NCBI GenBank assembly: GCA_951406725.2
Contig: OX597838.1
Coordinates: 35,402,001 to 35,466,000, forward strand
Reading direction: 5' to 3'
Length of the DNA: 64,000 nucleotides
Origin: Octopus vulgaris
Taxonomy: Eukaryota
The notes under the pieces were generated by a model. That model searched no databases. It had not been told where the DNA came from and saw only the letters and a list, made by a program, of their open reading frames with translations. Numbering within the stretch: position 1 is the first letter of the stretch; the number at the start of each line of letters is the position of its first letter. A program made the position numbers and the translations under genes. This document shows positions 38,262 to 52,095 of this stretch, piece after piece.

Positions 38262-38920
38262 CTTACTTAAGCCCTTCACCCTCGATGAAGCAGGAGCCAT
38301 CCATAACTTTTCTCCACTGTTTATGATTCTGCACTGTCATTTCTGTTGCTCTCTAATTAGGTCCCTACTTTTTCAGCTCTCCCTCAGTATCTTGCCTCCA
38401 ACTATTTTTAGGGCATCCTCTCTTCTGTACCCCTTGTTGGTTCCAGGTTAGGGCCTCATGTCTCCCTGAGAGAAGGCCTTCTTCTCCCAGGTCTTGTTGG
38501 TTCTGAATTGTTTCCAATGTTTTTGTAACATCACTTTTTCTAGGTAGGATTGTTGGACCTACACAAACCCATTTTTTACATCTGGAAAGAAGGGGCCAGC
38601 ATGAGAGGCCCTACTAGGAGCTGGTGCCCCATTGGCTTAGCTCTCGGGGTAATTACAACTCACAAACCTATTTCTTTACTACCCACAAGGGGCTAAACAC
38701 AGGGAGGACAAACAAGGACAGACAAACGGATTAGGCCCCCACTGCATAACTGCTACTTATTTAATCGACCCCGAAAGGATGAAAGGCAAAGTCGACCTCG
38801 GCTGGATTTGAACTTAGAATGTAACGGCAGACGAAATACCGCTCAGCATTTCGCCCGGCATGCTAACGTTTCTGCCAGCTCGCCGCCTTACAACTCACAA
38901 ACCACTACATCACAACTAGA
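38262..38920 (-). mobile_element. Degenerate bipartite RTE derivative (5' UTR-like part joined to the C-terminal ORF end), interrupted by a family A SINE
   Basis: Minus strand ALTWNQQGVQKRGCPKNSWRQ..QWRKVMDGSC..GEGLK* resembles the RTE ALTWNPQGKRKRGRPRNTWRR end; the upstream part is non-coding. Confidence 0.6.
38669..38887 (-). mobile_element. SINE family A with 16-bp TSD
   Basis: TSD TTACAACTCACAAACC at 38653-38668 and 38888-38903. Confidence 0.92.
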
Positions 38921-39244
38921 CCTTGTAGTGAATATGTTAGAAAATAACTAAATATCTTACAAATCACACCATATTGTTTTGAAGAGAAAATAAAGACCTA
39001 ATTGGATTGTGCAGCTTTTTAAGACACACTAAATGTGCCCAGTGCATTCTGTAAAGTGGTTAGCAATAGTACAGGCAACCAGCCATGGAAATCAAAGCAA
39101 AATGTTATGCATGAGCTTCAGGCCATGGAAGCAGTTGCTTCCAATAAGAAATAACTCAGACTGTTTTAAGACCCCTCGAACCCTTGCCAGCAAGGTAAGC
39201 AGGTGTAAAATGAACATGTTAATATGGAAATTATTGGCATATAG

Positions 39245-39858
39245 AATTAATAATAATGATAATGAAATTATTGTATACAGTGCTCAAGTGCACCACAACT
39301 TGTCAGACAGTGTGTATAGAGTATATGCAGTAATGTACAAATGTCTGGAAAGCGAACAATGTATATGTCAGATACATGCTTGTGTGTGTATGGAGGGGAG
39401 AAAATCAGGTGTAGTGTTGGCGAATCTCAGAAAGCATGGAAGTTTTGAAGGATGCAGTGCTCCGACAACTAACAATTGATGCCGGCAGTTTGTTCCATGC
39501 TTCAGCAACTCTTAGCATGAAAAAATGTTTCCTAAAGTCATGGGAGCTGTGCTGTTTTCTGACTTTGTAAATATGTCCACGGGTGTTAGATGGGTGGAGT
39601 TTGAAAAGGTGCTCAGAGTTATTGTTTGTAAGATGGTTAATAATTTTATGGGTGTCTACCAAGTCAGCTGCCAGACGTCGGAGTTTCAATGTGTCCATGC
39701 CCAGGGAAGTAAGGCGTTCAGAATATGGCAAATGCCTGATGGAGGGTATTCTTTGGGTTGCACGTCGTTGAACGGCTTCCAGACGATTGATATCCTGGGC
39801 AAGATAGGGGTTCCAGACCGGTGATGCAAATTCCAGGTGAGGTCTTACCATAGCTATA
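39245..39858 (-). mobile_element. CR1-clade LINE 3' end with open 148-aa RT C-terminal remnant
   Basis: MVRPHLEFASPVWNPY..LEAVQRRAT..LPYSERL..TRGH..FFMLRVAEAWNKLP; (ATT)n tail. Confidence 0.92.
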
Positions 39859-40244
39859 ATAGTCGTCAGTTAAATAAAATGTTAACTTGGAACAGGAGCC
39901 TTTATTCTCTGCTAAACGGGCCAAGTTGAGGCCAGCAGAAATTGAACTCCCAACTTATATATATATATGGAAGAAGATGAAACTAAATAATATAAGACAA
40001 ATTATTGTTTTTTGGAGCTATACTTTTTATCCATTTTTATTTGTTTTTGTTTTTGTTTTTTGTTTAGTTGCTGCTGCTGCTGCTACTCTCATCTCATCAA
40101 TAAATAAATATTTCACATGCACACATTTTACTCTTGTGATGTGAGTTAATTGATGAGAATTTTTTGAAACTTGCATATTTCTGTGACTGACTAAAACTGT
40201 TTGTTTGCTTCTTGCTCTATTTTCTTCTTATATTCTGTCATCTG

Positions 40245-40344
40245 TCTTCTTCTTCTTCTTACTTTTCTTCTTACTCTTCTTCTTCTTCTTTTTACTCTTC
40301 TTCTTCTTCTTCTTCTTACTCTTCTTCTTCTTCTTCTTCTTCTT

Positions 40345-40375
<31 letters not shown>
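40245..40375. repeat. (CTT)n microsatellite
   Basis: Read directly from the sequence. Confidence 0.95.
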
Positions 40376-40379
<4 letters not shown>

Positions 40380-41482
40380 TCCTCTTTCTAAAGTTTTTTT
40401 TTTTTACCTTACTATATCTTTTGTCTTTTTTTTCTTGTTTCTTCTTTCGTCTTGTTGTTGTTCTTGTTGATACTGTTGCAACAACAACAACAGCAACAAT
40501 AACAGCAACATGCAGCAGACAGTTTTGAAGCCAAGAAATCTGGTGCCCAGAAAACTTTGCGAGAGAGAATACTGAAATGCCAGTGTGAAGAATTCCATTA
40601 TATAATAAGGAGGGGGACGTTGGGGGGTGAGGCAGGGAAGATACATAACGAAGAATGGTTATAAACATGATTAAAATTTGAAATGTTTGCAGCTCAGGCA
40701 ACAACAGAGAGAGAGAGAGAGAGAGAGAGAGTGAGAGTATTTCTTTATTCACCATAAGGTTGAGAAAAAGAGGGGACAAAACAAACGTTGGGGGTCAGGG
40801 TATCGAATGAGACGAAACGTATGAAGGAACAAGCAATTAAAATATATACAATTAAATGAGAATGAGTGATTAACAAAAAATGAAGCGGAGGACGCGGTTG
40901 ACCCCCACAAAACCACATACTCACACTGAAGACTTTACTTTCTCCTTTTTTACATTCTCGATTAAACAGGTTCTTTCACTCGCAAAATACTTGCTATAGA
41001 CTTCCATCTTTTACGAAACACTTTGCGACGGGCATTTCTTCTCCAGCCTTATTTTCCGTTTCATGTGGAAAACGAAAAAGTCGATTAGCTCGAGACTGGA
41101 GATAAACATGCCTGTTGCAATTCCTTTTACTCTCATCTTCCACACTACTTCTTTTGCCATAGCAACTACCGAAAGAAAACAGGCTCGCTCCTCCCTATTC
41201 AGGAAGGTCGGCGGAACTATCTTAATTACAGATTCGCTCGACAGTTGTACTCTTCAGAGAGAGAGAGGCAGGAGAGATGGCTTAAATGCTTTAAGTTTGG
41301 TGATGCTGTTTTGAGTTCAGATCTTGTTGCAGTAGACGTTACCTCTCTGTGGTTGTTGTTGTTGCTGTTCTTATTGAGCTCCAGGTTTGCCCTGATTGAG
41401 CTTTCAGGCCTATGATGAAAGACATTTCAACTTTTATCATCTCATGTCTTTCTCAGTCTGCCTATTTGTCTGCCTGCCTATC

Positions 41483-41533
<51 letters not shown>

Positions 41534-41548
41534 ATATATATATAAATA

Positions 41549-41855
41549 TATATCACGTGATCATGTGACGGACCAGACCATCAGATGTTGTTACACATCG
41601 CTGGTCACAATGCGTTCGCATTGTTTTAGCCTTCGAATGACGCCACCCCGCTGGCTAAGCGAGCAGGCCAACAGAAGAAAGAGTGGGAGAAAGAGTGGTG
41701 AAAGAGTACAGCAGGGATCACCACTCCCTGCCGGAGCCTCGTGGAGCTTTTAGGTGTTTTCGCTCAATAAACACTCACAACGCCCGGTCTGGGAATCGAA
41801 ACCGCGATCCTGCGACCGCGAGTTCGCTGCCCTAACCACTAGGCCATTGTGCCTC
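41549..41855 (-). mobile_element. SINE family C, tail type 2
   Basis: Reverse complement of the copy at 22237-22550. Confidence 0.88.
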
Positions 41856-41856
41856 G

Positions 41857-41894
<38 letters not shown>

Positions 41895-42234
41895 GAACAT
41901 CAAATAGTTCAATAAAGTAAAATGAAATAATAAAAACAGCAAAAAATAAAAATAAAAACTTGAAATAATTGACTTTATAAAATTGATTTCCTTTCTAATT
42001 AAAGGACAGGAGCATTATAAAATATGTCAATGGAAATAAGTGGGTGCTTGTTTGCCATAAATATATAAATGCTAGGTTTTTTTCTTAAGATATGAGTGCT
42101 ATATATGTTCTTAATAGCTGAGTGATAGGTTTATTCTTAATAGGTAAGTGCTAGGCTGGTTGCAATACTATAATTTTTTACTGAAGATTCTTTGATTTGC
42201 TGGTAGTATTTAAAGAAATGTTACTAACGTGTGT

Positions 42235-42520
42235 CATCATCATCATCATCGTTTAATGTCCGTGTTCCATGCTGACATGGGTTGGACGGTTTGACCGGGG
42301 ACTGGCAAGCCAGGAGACTGCACCAGGCTCCGATCTGATCTGGCAATGTTTCTACAGCTGGATGCCCTTCCTAATGCCAACCACTCTGAGAATATAGTAG
42401 GTGCTTTTTATGTGCCACCAGCACAGGAGCCAGTCAGATGGTAGTGGCATCGGCCACGTTCAGTTGGTGCTTTTTATGTGCCACTGGCACGGGGAGCCAG
42501 TCAGGTGACACTGGCAACGA
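42235..42520 (-). mobile_element. RTE LINE 3' UTR fragment
   Basis: (CAT)n CGTTTAATGTCCG..CATGGGTTGGACGGTTTGACC..GGATGCCCTTCCTAATGCCAACCACTC. Confidence 0.85.
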
Positions 42521-42635
42521 CCCAGCCTATTTGGTATTTTAAGCTTTATAAATCATAGACACCTTTTGGTAAAATCAATTGACAAAATAGCACAGGTGCT
42601 TTCTAGTGCATATATATTTTTTTCTCTCTCTGAAT

Positions 42636-43023
42636 GGAAGCACTCCGTCGGTTACGACGACGAGGGTTCCGGTTGATCCGAATCAACGGAACAGCCTGCT
42701 CGTGAAATTAACGTGTAAGTAGCTGAGCACTCTACAGACACGTGCACCCTTAACGTAGTTCTCAGGGATATTCAGCGTGACACAGAGAGTGATAAGGCCG
42801 GCCCCTTGAAATAAAAGTACAACAGAAGAAGGAAGTAAGAGTGGAGTGAGAGAAAGTTGAGGCGAAAGAGTACAACAGGGGTTGCCACCACCCCCTGCCA
42901 GAGCCTCGTGGAGCCTTAGGTGTTTTCGCTCAATAAACACACACAACGCCCGGTCTGGGAATCGAAGCCGCAATCCTCCAACCGCGAGTCCGCTGCCCTA
43001 ACCACTGGGCCATTGCGCCTCCA
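42636..43023 (-). mobile_element. Full-length SINE family C, tail type 1
   Basis: 12-bp TSD CTCTCTCTGAAT at 42624-42635 and 43024-43035. Confidence 0.92.
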
Positions 43024-43446
43024 CTCTCTCTGAATACATTCATACATACAGACATAATATAGGCAGTTAGGGTAAATCCCTGCTGTTTCCTTTTGAAGCA
43101 AATCTGCTTATTCCATTATTACAATCCATTATGTAGTCTCAGTTGCTGCTGTATGTTAGTTCAAAATACTTACTAAAATTGAGAATTATGGAAATATTAC
43201 TTGCAGAGTCGTTGCATACCGAAACAGGAAATTGGAAATAATACAAAAAAATTTCCAATTTCCTGTTTTGTTATGCATAGATACATAAAGGTGTTTGTGT
43301 GTTGATGTCTTTGTCTTGCTAATTGAGTAAAAGTAGACTTCTCTAATGTGATCTGTTATGTCTGAAACCTATCTGTTGCTTTCACCAGTTAGTTTTAAAG
43401 AGCAGGTCTTCTCCAAACTGCATTTTCTCTCTTTTTTTTTTCTCTT

Positions 43447-43845
43447 TTTTACTCGTTTCAGTCATTTGACTGCGGCCATGCTGGAGCACTGCCTTTAATC
43501 GAGCAACTCGACCCCGGGACTTATTCTTTTGTAAGCCCACTACTTATTCTATCGGTCTCTTTTTGCCGAACCGCTAAGTGACGGCGACGTAAACACACCA
43601 GCATTGGTTGTCAAGCAATGCTAGGGGGACAAACACACACACACAAACACAGACACACAAACGCATATATATATATATACATATATATGACAGGCTTCTT
43701 TCAGTTTCCGTCTACCAAATCCACTCACAAGTCATTGGTCGGCCCGGGGCTATAGCAGAAGACACTTGCCCAAGGTGCCAAGCAGTGGGACTGAACCCAG
43801 AACCATGTGGCTGGTTAGCAAGCTACTTACCCCACAGCCACTCCT
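43447..43845 (-). mobile_element. SINE family B, full length
   Basis: Reverse complement of the family B consensus. Confidence 0.9.
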
Positions 43846-44190
43846 TTATATCCTTGTAACTTAGTGGTTCAGCAAAAGAGACTGATAGAATAAGAACCAG
43901 ACTTGGAAAATAATTACTGGGGTTGATTTGTTTCACTAAACCGTACAAGGCAATGCCCCAGCATGGCCGCAGTCCAATGACTAAATCAAGTAAAGGATAA
44001 GTTACTTCTTAACCACAGACACACACACATCTGTGTGTATTCTATATGTCTTTCTCACACGCACACACTTCATTTTCATCTTGGTACAATGCTCTTCTTT
44101 AACACTGATCTGTTTTACCTTCCAGCACAAGTTTTGTTTAAAGACAAATAAACAGTAAGCATTTTTCAGCTTTGATAAACAAAACACATT

Positions 44191-44227
<37 letters not shown>

Positions 44228-44674
44228 CAATATTTATAATGTTGTATGTACTTTTGTGTTCAAAACTATGCATGCGCAACAGTGTATGTCTGTTTAAAAA
44301 ATATTGTCTTTGATAAACAAAATATTTACCACCACTACTGGCAGCAAGATCACATGTACCGGCATCACCACAACCACAACCATCACCCTACACAATAACT
44401 AACTCCATGACCACCACCACCACCACCACCACCACCACCACTAAAGGCTAAAGTAATTTTCACCACTACCAATAACAAAATTGAGCAAGAGTTGAAGTCT
44501 TTGTGGTTATCTGGTCAGCTAGAAATAACAGCTGAATCTCCCTCAAGTACCTGCTTCCTATCTTGCAGAAGAACAGGTGACATAGTTAAGATAATGCAAT
44601 TCTATACAGGATTCTTCAAGCCGAGCCAACTAGCAAGAGACTTGGGGGTAGAGCAAGAATTAGAATGGCTGGAT

Positions 44675-44893
44675 CAGTGCTTTTCAAACTTTTTGCTGGA
44701 GCGGAACCCCAAGGAAACATTCCACTGGCTCAGGGAACCCCTGTGCAATAATTTAATAGTCTTATGCACACATATCTGCATAGGAAAATTAAAAATTACT
44801 GCCGATTTTAGCAGTTTTGTAACTTCTTGCGGAACCCCTGGACTGTACTGGCGGAACCTTAAGGTTCCGCGGAACCCTGGTTGAAAACCACTG
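44675..44893 (+). mobile_element. 219-bp hAT MITE with 8-bp TSD
   Basis: Same element as 21992-22210; TSD GGCTGGAT on both sides. Confidence 0.92.
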
Positions 44894-46463
44894 GGCTGGA
44901 TGATAGCCAAAGTCTCAGTTGGTCATTCTTGGGAAGTGCGAAGTGTAACGACAGGTGCGAAGTGTAACGACAGTTGCTTCTGATAGGACCCGATGGAAGA
45001 GGTGCCTAAGGACTCTACACTGACAACCTTTCCAGGAAGAGTAGGTGGAAAAGATAGATGGATAGACGGATGGGTCTGTGTTGATGTAAAACGATGGGAT
45101 GATCATGGCTGGAATGTCTTCGTTCATAGGGCGTCTCAGTCAACATTGATCTCGTACTAAATGTCCATAGCAGTGCTATCACTGTCAGTCAGTCCATTAC
45201 TACTAATAGGAACATCGTCATCATAACAATGACGGCGACCATCACCACTACCACCTCAAATACTAACCCTCATTATGATTACAGCTATTGACACAAATAA
45301 TTGCCTAAACTCATATCCTTCAAAGTATAGATAAAAAGATGCAGCAAACCCTCGCACCCATACCATCTCTCTCTCTCTCTCTCACACACATTCTCAATCT
45401 CTTTCACATTCTCTCTCACTCTCTCTCTTTTTCTCTCACTCACTCACTCGCTTTCTTGCCCTTTAATTGTCTCTTTCTCATTCTATGTATACACACACTC
45501 TGTCTGTCTGTCACTCTCTCTCTCAAACACACACACACACACATACACGGAATCTTTCAAAAACCAACAATTCTCATTACGCTTGTTTCATTCATTCAGA
45601 ACAAAAACAATATTTTCTGTCTTTTGTTTCACTTCACTACAAAAACTAAAAATTCTTTTCCTGTTTTTTTTTTCCCTTTTTGTTTAATATTTTTAAACTT
45701 AATTAATTATTGATTTTTACTTTCATTTACATATTTATAAGTGTGATTGGGTACACACACATACACACGTTTGTGTATGTTGATGTATATGGATGAGTGT
45801 GTGTGTATAATGATTATATGCATAGTCATGTGTATATATGTGTATATGTACATCAAATAATGTATATATGTGTGTGTATAATATATATTAGCAAAAGTTC
45901 TAACATAGTGAAAGGAAATGTTTATTAAACAGTGTATATGATTTATATTTACACAGATAGATTCATACATACATACATACATACATATATGTGTGTCTAT
46001 GAACATAAATAAATATATATATGTGTTTGTGTGTGTGTGTGTGTGTGTGTTTGTATATATTCTTAAAATTTCTATTTTTTTCAATCTTTCATTAAGTTAT
46101 GATTGTCAGATGATAATTTACATTAATTACTCAGTGTTACTTATGTCAAATACTTAATTAGAAAAAGAAAGTTAAATGACTATTCTGATGTCTTAATCTC
46201 TCCATATTAAAAAAATCCCGCTAAGTACTGTGGTCGAGGTTATCAAATGTTCCCTCCTTTGCTCAGAATTGTAGGTCTTGTGCTAAAATTAGAAAGAGCC
46301 ATTACGTTAAAACAAGTTAGTACAGTTCTCTTGTGACTTAGCCGGGTTGATACCAACCTCCTTGAGATTGCCCAGGTTCTTTGACTCACACTGCCGCTTC
46401 TAAAATGATCTAAAACCTTCCATCAAAATTTCCTGTTAAATTATGCTCCAGGCGGCAGCTTAA

Positions 46464-46684
46464 CCCTTTCATTACTAACCCGGCCAAAACTGCCTCTGGC
46501 TCTGTAGTACAAATGTCTTGTTTTCATAAGTTTTGCATCAAAATATACCACCAAACCTTAGTTGCAATTTATATTCCTAACACTAGCTAAATGATAACTA
46601 AGTTATTTTACTAAATTCTTTGTTATATTTAAAATAATTGAAAGAAACACAGAGCATCTCAAAATAAATACGGTAACGAAAGGG
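46464..46684 (+). mobile_element. piggyBac-type MITE
   Basis: TTAA|CCCTTTCATTAC ... GTAACGAAAGGG|TTAA. Confidence 0.85.
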
Positions 46685-46860
46685 TTAATGAGAACATAGC
46701 TATTTTGCTAAATTCTTTGTTGTTTTCAAAATCAAATGAAATGCATAACAAATAGGGCCAAACCCAAACTCCCTACAAGAGACAATGCAACTTGTTGGGC
46801 AACAGCAACTTAATTGTGGCTCCAGGTGTACTTGTGTGCCTACCTGTGTTAGCGTATAAG

Positions 46861-47073
46861 GACACCTTGATAGATCGTTAGCTCCTACACGCATTTTTTT
46901 TCTTTCTTTCCTTATTTCTCTCCTTATTTTTTTCTGTGTATCTTTCTGTCGAAGAGCGTAGGCTCGAAACGTAAAAGACTTTTTCTATTTTTATTCCTGA
47001 GTGCTATACTAATACATTTGTTTGTTTGTACTCCATCTGCCTTCGTCTTTTGTTTATTTTCGTAAACTTTCCC
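46861..47073 (+). mobile_element. Penelope-like terminal-repeat insert with minimal hammerhead-like motif
   Basis: 13-bp TSD GTTAG(C/T)GTATAAG; TCTTT-CTGTCGA-A-GAGCGTAGGCTC-GAAACGTA-AAAGA at 46941-46978. Confidence 0.7.
46941..46978 (+). ncRNA. Candidate minimal type I hammerhead ribozyme with variant core
   Basis: Helix I UCUUU/AAAGA, helix II GAGC-GUAG-GCUC, GAAA, 2-bp helix III, GUA cleavage triplet; core CUGUCGA instead of CUGANGA. Confidence 0.5.
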
Positions 47074-47114
47074 GTTAGTGTATAAGCTTTGTTATTGTAT
47101 ATAGCAGTAAGATA

Positions 47115-47715
47115 ATGAACTGACAGAATCATTAGTATGTTGGACAAATTGCTTAGTTAGCTCTTCTTCTGGCTCTTTATGTTTTGAGTTCAAATACAGC
47201 TGAGGCCAACTTTACCTTTCATTCTTTTGACATTGATAAAGTACGAGTCAAATACTGGAGTTGGTGTAATTGACTGAACCCCTTTCTAATTTCCTTCATT
47301 TTGGGGGTCGATAAAATAAAGTACCTGTCAAGTACTGAAGCTAATGTAATTGTTTAACACAAACCCTTTCCCCCTTAATATTACTGAGTTTCTACCAAAA
47401 TTCCGAACCATTCTCATGGTGGCAAGTTGGCAGAATTGTTATCTTCCTGGACAAAATGTTTAGTGACATTTCTTCTAGATTTACATTCTGAGTTCAAATC
47501 CCACCAAAGTCAGTTTTGCTTTTCATCCTTTTGGGATTGATAAAATAAAATATTGGTCAAATATTGAGTCAAAGTGATCAACTGACTCCTCTCTCTAGAA
47601 TTATTGGCCTTGTGCCAAAATTTAAAACCATTCTCAAGAATGCAACATTGTTAACACACTGAGCAAAAATGCTTAGAGGTATTTCTTCTCTTCATGTTTT
47701 GAGTTCAAAACATGA
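47115..47715 (+). mobile_element. Cluster of degenerate family A SINEs
   Basis: Repeated TGAGTTCAAA..TTTCATCCTTTTGGG..GATAAAATAAAGTAC. Confidence 0.7.
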
Positions 47716-47779
47716 AGCTGAAGTCACCATTTAACCAACTTTCTTGAACCATCACTTTCTATGTATCCCCAAAGCATCA

Positions 47780-48683
47780 GGCTCTTACCTGCAAACTTCA
47801 CTGTTTTCGTTGTGTAATGTGGATCATTTCACTTTCGGATAAACGAGAATTTGTCAGAAGGCCTCCAGGAAAGCAAAACGACCCATGTTACATGACAAAA
47901 ACAATGAAGCTTGGGGGTAAAAGTCTGATGCTTTGGGAATACATAAAAAATGATGGCTCAAGAAAGGTGGATAAATTAGATGGTAACTTGAATAGCGCCA
48001 TCTACATCCGGTTGCTGAAGGACAATTTGATACCAGATTTGGATGAAGGTGAGATTTTTCAGCATGATGGAGCTCCATGCCACAAATTGTGTGCAACACA
48101 AAAGAGTCTGGTTGATGAAGGTGTTACCATATTGAAAGATTGGCCAGCTTAGAGCCCTGACTTAAATATCACCAAGCAAATGAGGACAAAACTAAAAAGA
48201 AGAATTTGTCAGAAGAATCCACGCAATCTTGAAGAGTTGTGGGAGCTCAGCCACAGAGAATGGTATCTCATACCTGTGAAGATTGTGAAGGATTTGTACA
48301 CATCTTTTTTCCAGGTGCACCGATGCAATTACTCAAGCTAAGGGATGCCATACAAAATATTAACGATGTACAGTAACTTCTTGAAATGAACATTATGTAA
48401 TAAATGTTCATTATCGACATTTTTCTGTTTTAAAACACTGTATCTTGATTGGTTTAAATGAGGTAGCAGAAAACTTTTGCGTGGCCAGTTTTGGTGGTCG
48501 TCACACATCTTACACTCTCATTCAGAACCCCTACTATAAAATACAATGATTAGGTATGGAAATGACTCCAACAGGGCCTATATTTCATCTGTAAAGAAAT
48601 TATGGGAAACATCCATTTATAAGTTGGCAATTAGTAGAAATTTAGAATAGTTTAAAGTGGCTGAAGACTTTTAAACAGTACTG
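47780..48683 (+). mobile_element. Tc1-like transposase remnant with right TIR, 35-residue D-E spacing
   Basis: FVRRPPG..GGKSLMLW..FQHDGAPCH..KDWPA*SPDLNITK..NLEELW..GCHTKY*; ends GTGGCTGAAGACTTTTAAACAGTACTG|TA. Confidence 0.88.
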
Positions 48684-48914
48684 TATATATTTATGTGTGT
48701 GTGTGTTTTTTGTTTTATCACCACCACTTGACAGCAAGTGCTGGTCTGTTAATATTCACATAACTCGGTGGTTTGGTAAAAAAAAAAGGCTGTCCGAATA
48801 ATTACCAGGCTTTGTAAAACATCAACTAGTGGGATTAATTTATTTGACTAAAACCCTTCGAGGCAGTGCCCCAGCATGGCCACAGTCAAACGACTGAAAC
48901 AAGTGACAAAAGAA

Positions 48915-49722
<808 letters not shown>

Positions 49723-50144
49723 ACACACATATTTACATATATGTGTGTGTTGTTAATGAAAATATGTATGCGTATGTCTGTAAGCTTGATAAATCAACTT
49801 AGGAAACTAATATAAGTCTCTCAACAACATTATTTTTTTTCTTTATTTTCCTTTATTTTCTTGGTTTTGTTTATGTCTTTATTCAATAAATACAGTTTCT
49901 TTTTCTATCATTTCTGTTTCTTTTCTCACTTTCATCCTTTCTTTTAGGTCTTTATTCTTCTTTTTCTTTGAAAGACAATTTCTATTTTAGATTCTCAGAA
50001 CGTCTTTCAAATTTTGGCTCAACATATGTTTAAAAACAAGTTGTTTGTTTTTAACCCCCCCCCCACTAACACACTCATTCATTATGTATGTATATACATA
50101 TATATGTATACATATTTATTATATATATATACACACACAAACAT

Positions 50145-50183
<39 letters not shown>

Positions 50184-51324
50184 ATGTATATATATGTATA
50201 TATGTGTATGTATATATATGTATGCATATATATGTATGTATATATATGTATATATGTGTATGTATATATATGTATGCATATATATGTATGTATATATATA
50301 TATATATATATATATACGTATATATCATGGGTTCTCCCATCAATTACAACGTAGGAGGGATTAACAGACAGCATCCTTTTCTTTTGCTTTCTCTCTGTCT
50401 ATTTCCCTATGAGACTTTAATACTTTAATCCAGTGAACAGTTTACAGACAAGTCCAGAGATTGGATTGGGCATAAGAAAAATTGTTATATATATATAAAT
50501 ATAGATACACACACGCATATATATAATTTGATGTGAATAAAAAATCATGCTTGTTTTAGTTTGTTCAATGTCTGTTTTTTTCATGCTGGCTTGAGTTGTA
50601 CAAATTCACTGTACTCACACAATATTTTACAGCCTGATTCATTCTACAAGAGATTTTGTATTTTATTGCACACATCTTGGAAAGCATAGAGCTATGGGAC
50701 AATTTCATTGACAGGGAATATCAACAAACAGTATTTTTTTTTTTTTAAGATCAATGCTTTTTCACCTTAAGTGAAGAATATAAACATTCACACAGACAGG
50801 GCTGGTGGTGTGTTTTCGTACAAGGAAATCACCTTGGGTACTAAAATCTGTGGCCAAAATAGGAACACTGGAAAACTTAGATGATATTTCTTAATCCAGT
50901 GAGTAAAAAAGATTTTCAATTAAGAAGAAGAAAAAGAAAAAACAATAGCGTAGAAGGAAAACAAATAAAAATCAAAATGTAACAACTGTGTTTTAGCTTT
51001 AGCCTTGCCATCCATTATCAGTTGATGATTTATTTTAGTTGTTTGAACAATGTTTTAGCAGTATCAGAAAATTCAGTCATCGCCAGCTGTGCTATTGTAC
51101 GTTACATATGATGAAACTATTCTGGCTACGTTCAACAAAGAAATAATGCTAGAAAAATGAGGTGTACTTTGTAGAACAGGCTAAGAAGATTTACACCTTA
51201 GTGCCAATTCTGCTTGTTTACTCACAAGCATATCTATTGGTGAAAGCAAAATCTGAATCCTCATTACCTGTAGTCTTATAGCATTATTAACAATTTTTTT
51301 CGCGTGTGTGTATGTATATATATA

Positions 51325-51373
<49 letters not shown>

Positions 51374-51374
51374 A

Positions 51375-51527
51375 GAATTCACAAAAAGCAAAAGACGAAG
51401 ACAGGTGATGTAGACAACAAACAGATGTATTAGTTTAACGCTCGGGAAGTGAAAAAGTCTTTAACGTTTCAAGCCTATGCTCTTCCACAAAAAAGAACAC
51501 AGAAAGAAACAGGGAGAGAAAATAAAC
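51375..51527 (-). mobile_element. Second Penelope-like terminal-repeat copy with decayed hammerhead-like motif
   Basis: Minus strand TCTTTT-TTGTGGA-AGAGCATAGGCTT-GAAACGTT-AAAGAC...TAATACATCTGTTTG..CTTCGTCTTTTG, homologous to 46900-47070. Confidence 0.65.
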
Positions 51528-51719
51528 ATGACGGTCTTCTTTCAGTTTATGTGTACAAAATCCACTGTCGAGGCTTTAGTCAGCCCAAGGCTATAGTAGA
51601 AGACTCTTGCCACATGGTGGGACTGAATCCAGAACCATGTGGCTGGGAAGCAAACTTCTTACTACACAGTCACACCTGTGACTACTATTTTTATGTATGT
51701 ACATATGTGTGCATAAATA

Positions 51720-52095
51720 TGCTTACCAACCACATGGTTCCGGGTTCAGTCCCATTGCATGGCACCTTGGGCAAGTGTCTTCTACTATAGCCTCGGGCCG
51801 ACCAAAGCCTTGTGAGTGGATTTGGTAGACGGAAACTGAAAGAAGCCCGTCGTATATATGTATATATATATATATGTGTGTGTGTGTGTATGTTTGTGTG
51901 TCTGTGTTTGTCCCCCCAACATCGCTTGACAACCGATGCTGGTGTGTTTACGTCCCCGAAACTTAGCGGTTCGGCAAAAGAGACCGATAGAATAAGTACT
52001 GGGCTTACAAAAGAATAAGTCCTGGGGTCGATTTGCTCGACTAAAGGCGGTGCTCCAGCATGGCCACAGTCAAAATGACTGAAACAAGTAAAAAA
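51720..52095 (+). mobile_element. SINE family B, slightly 5'-truncated
   Basis: Matches the family B consensus. Confidence 0.9.
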
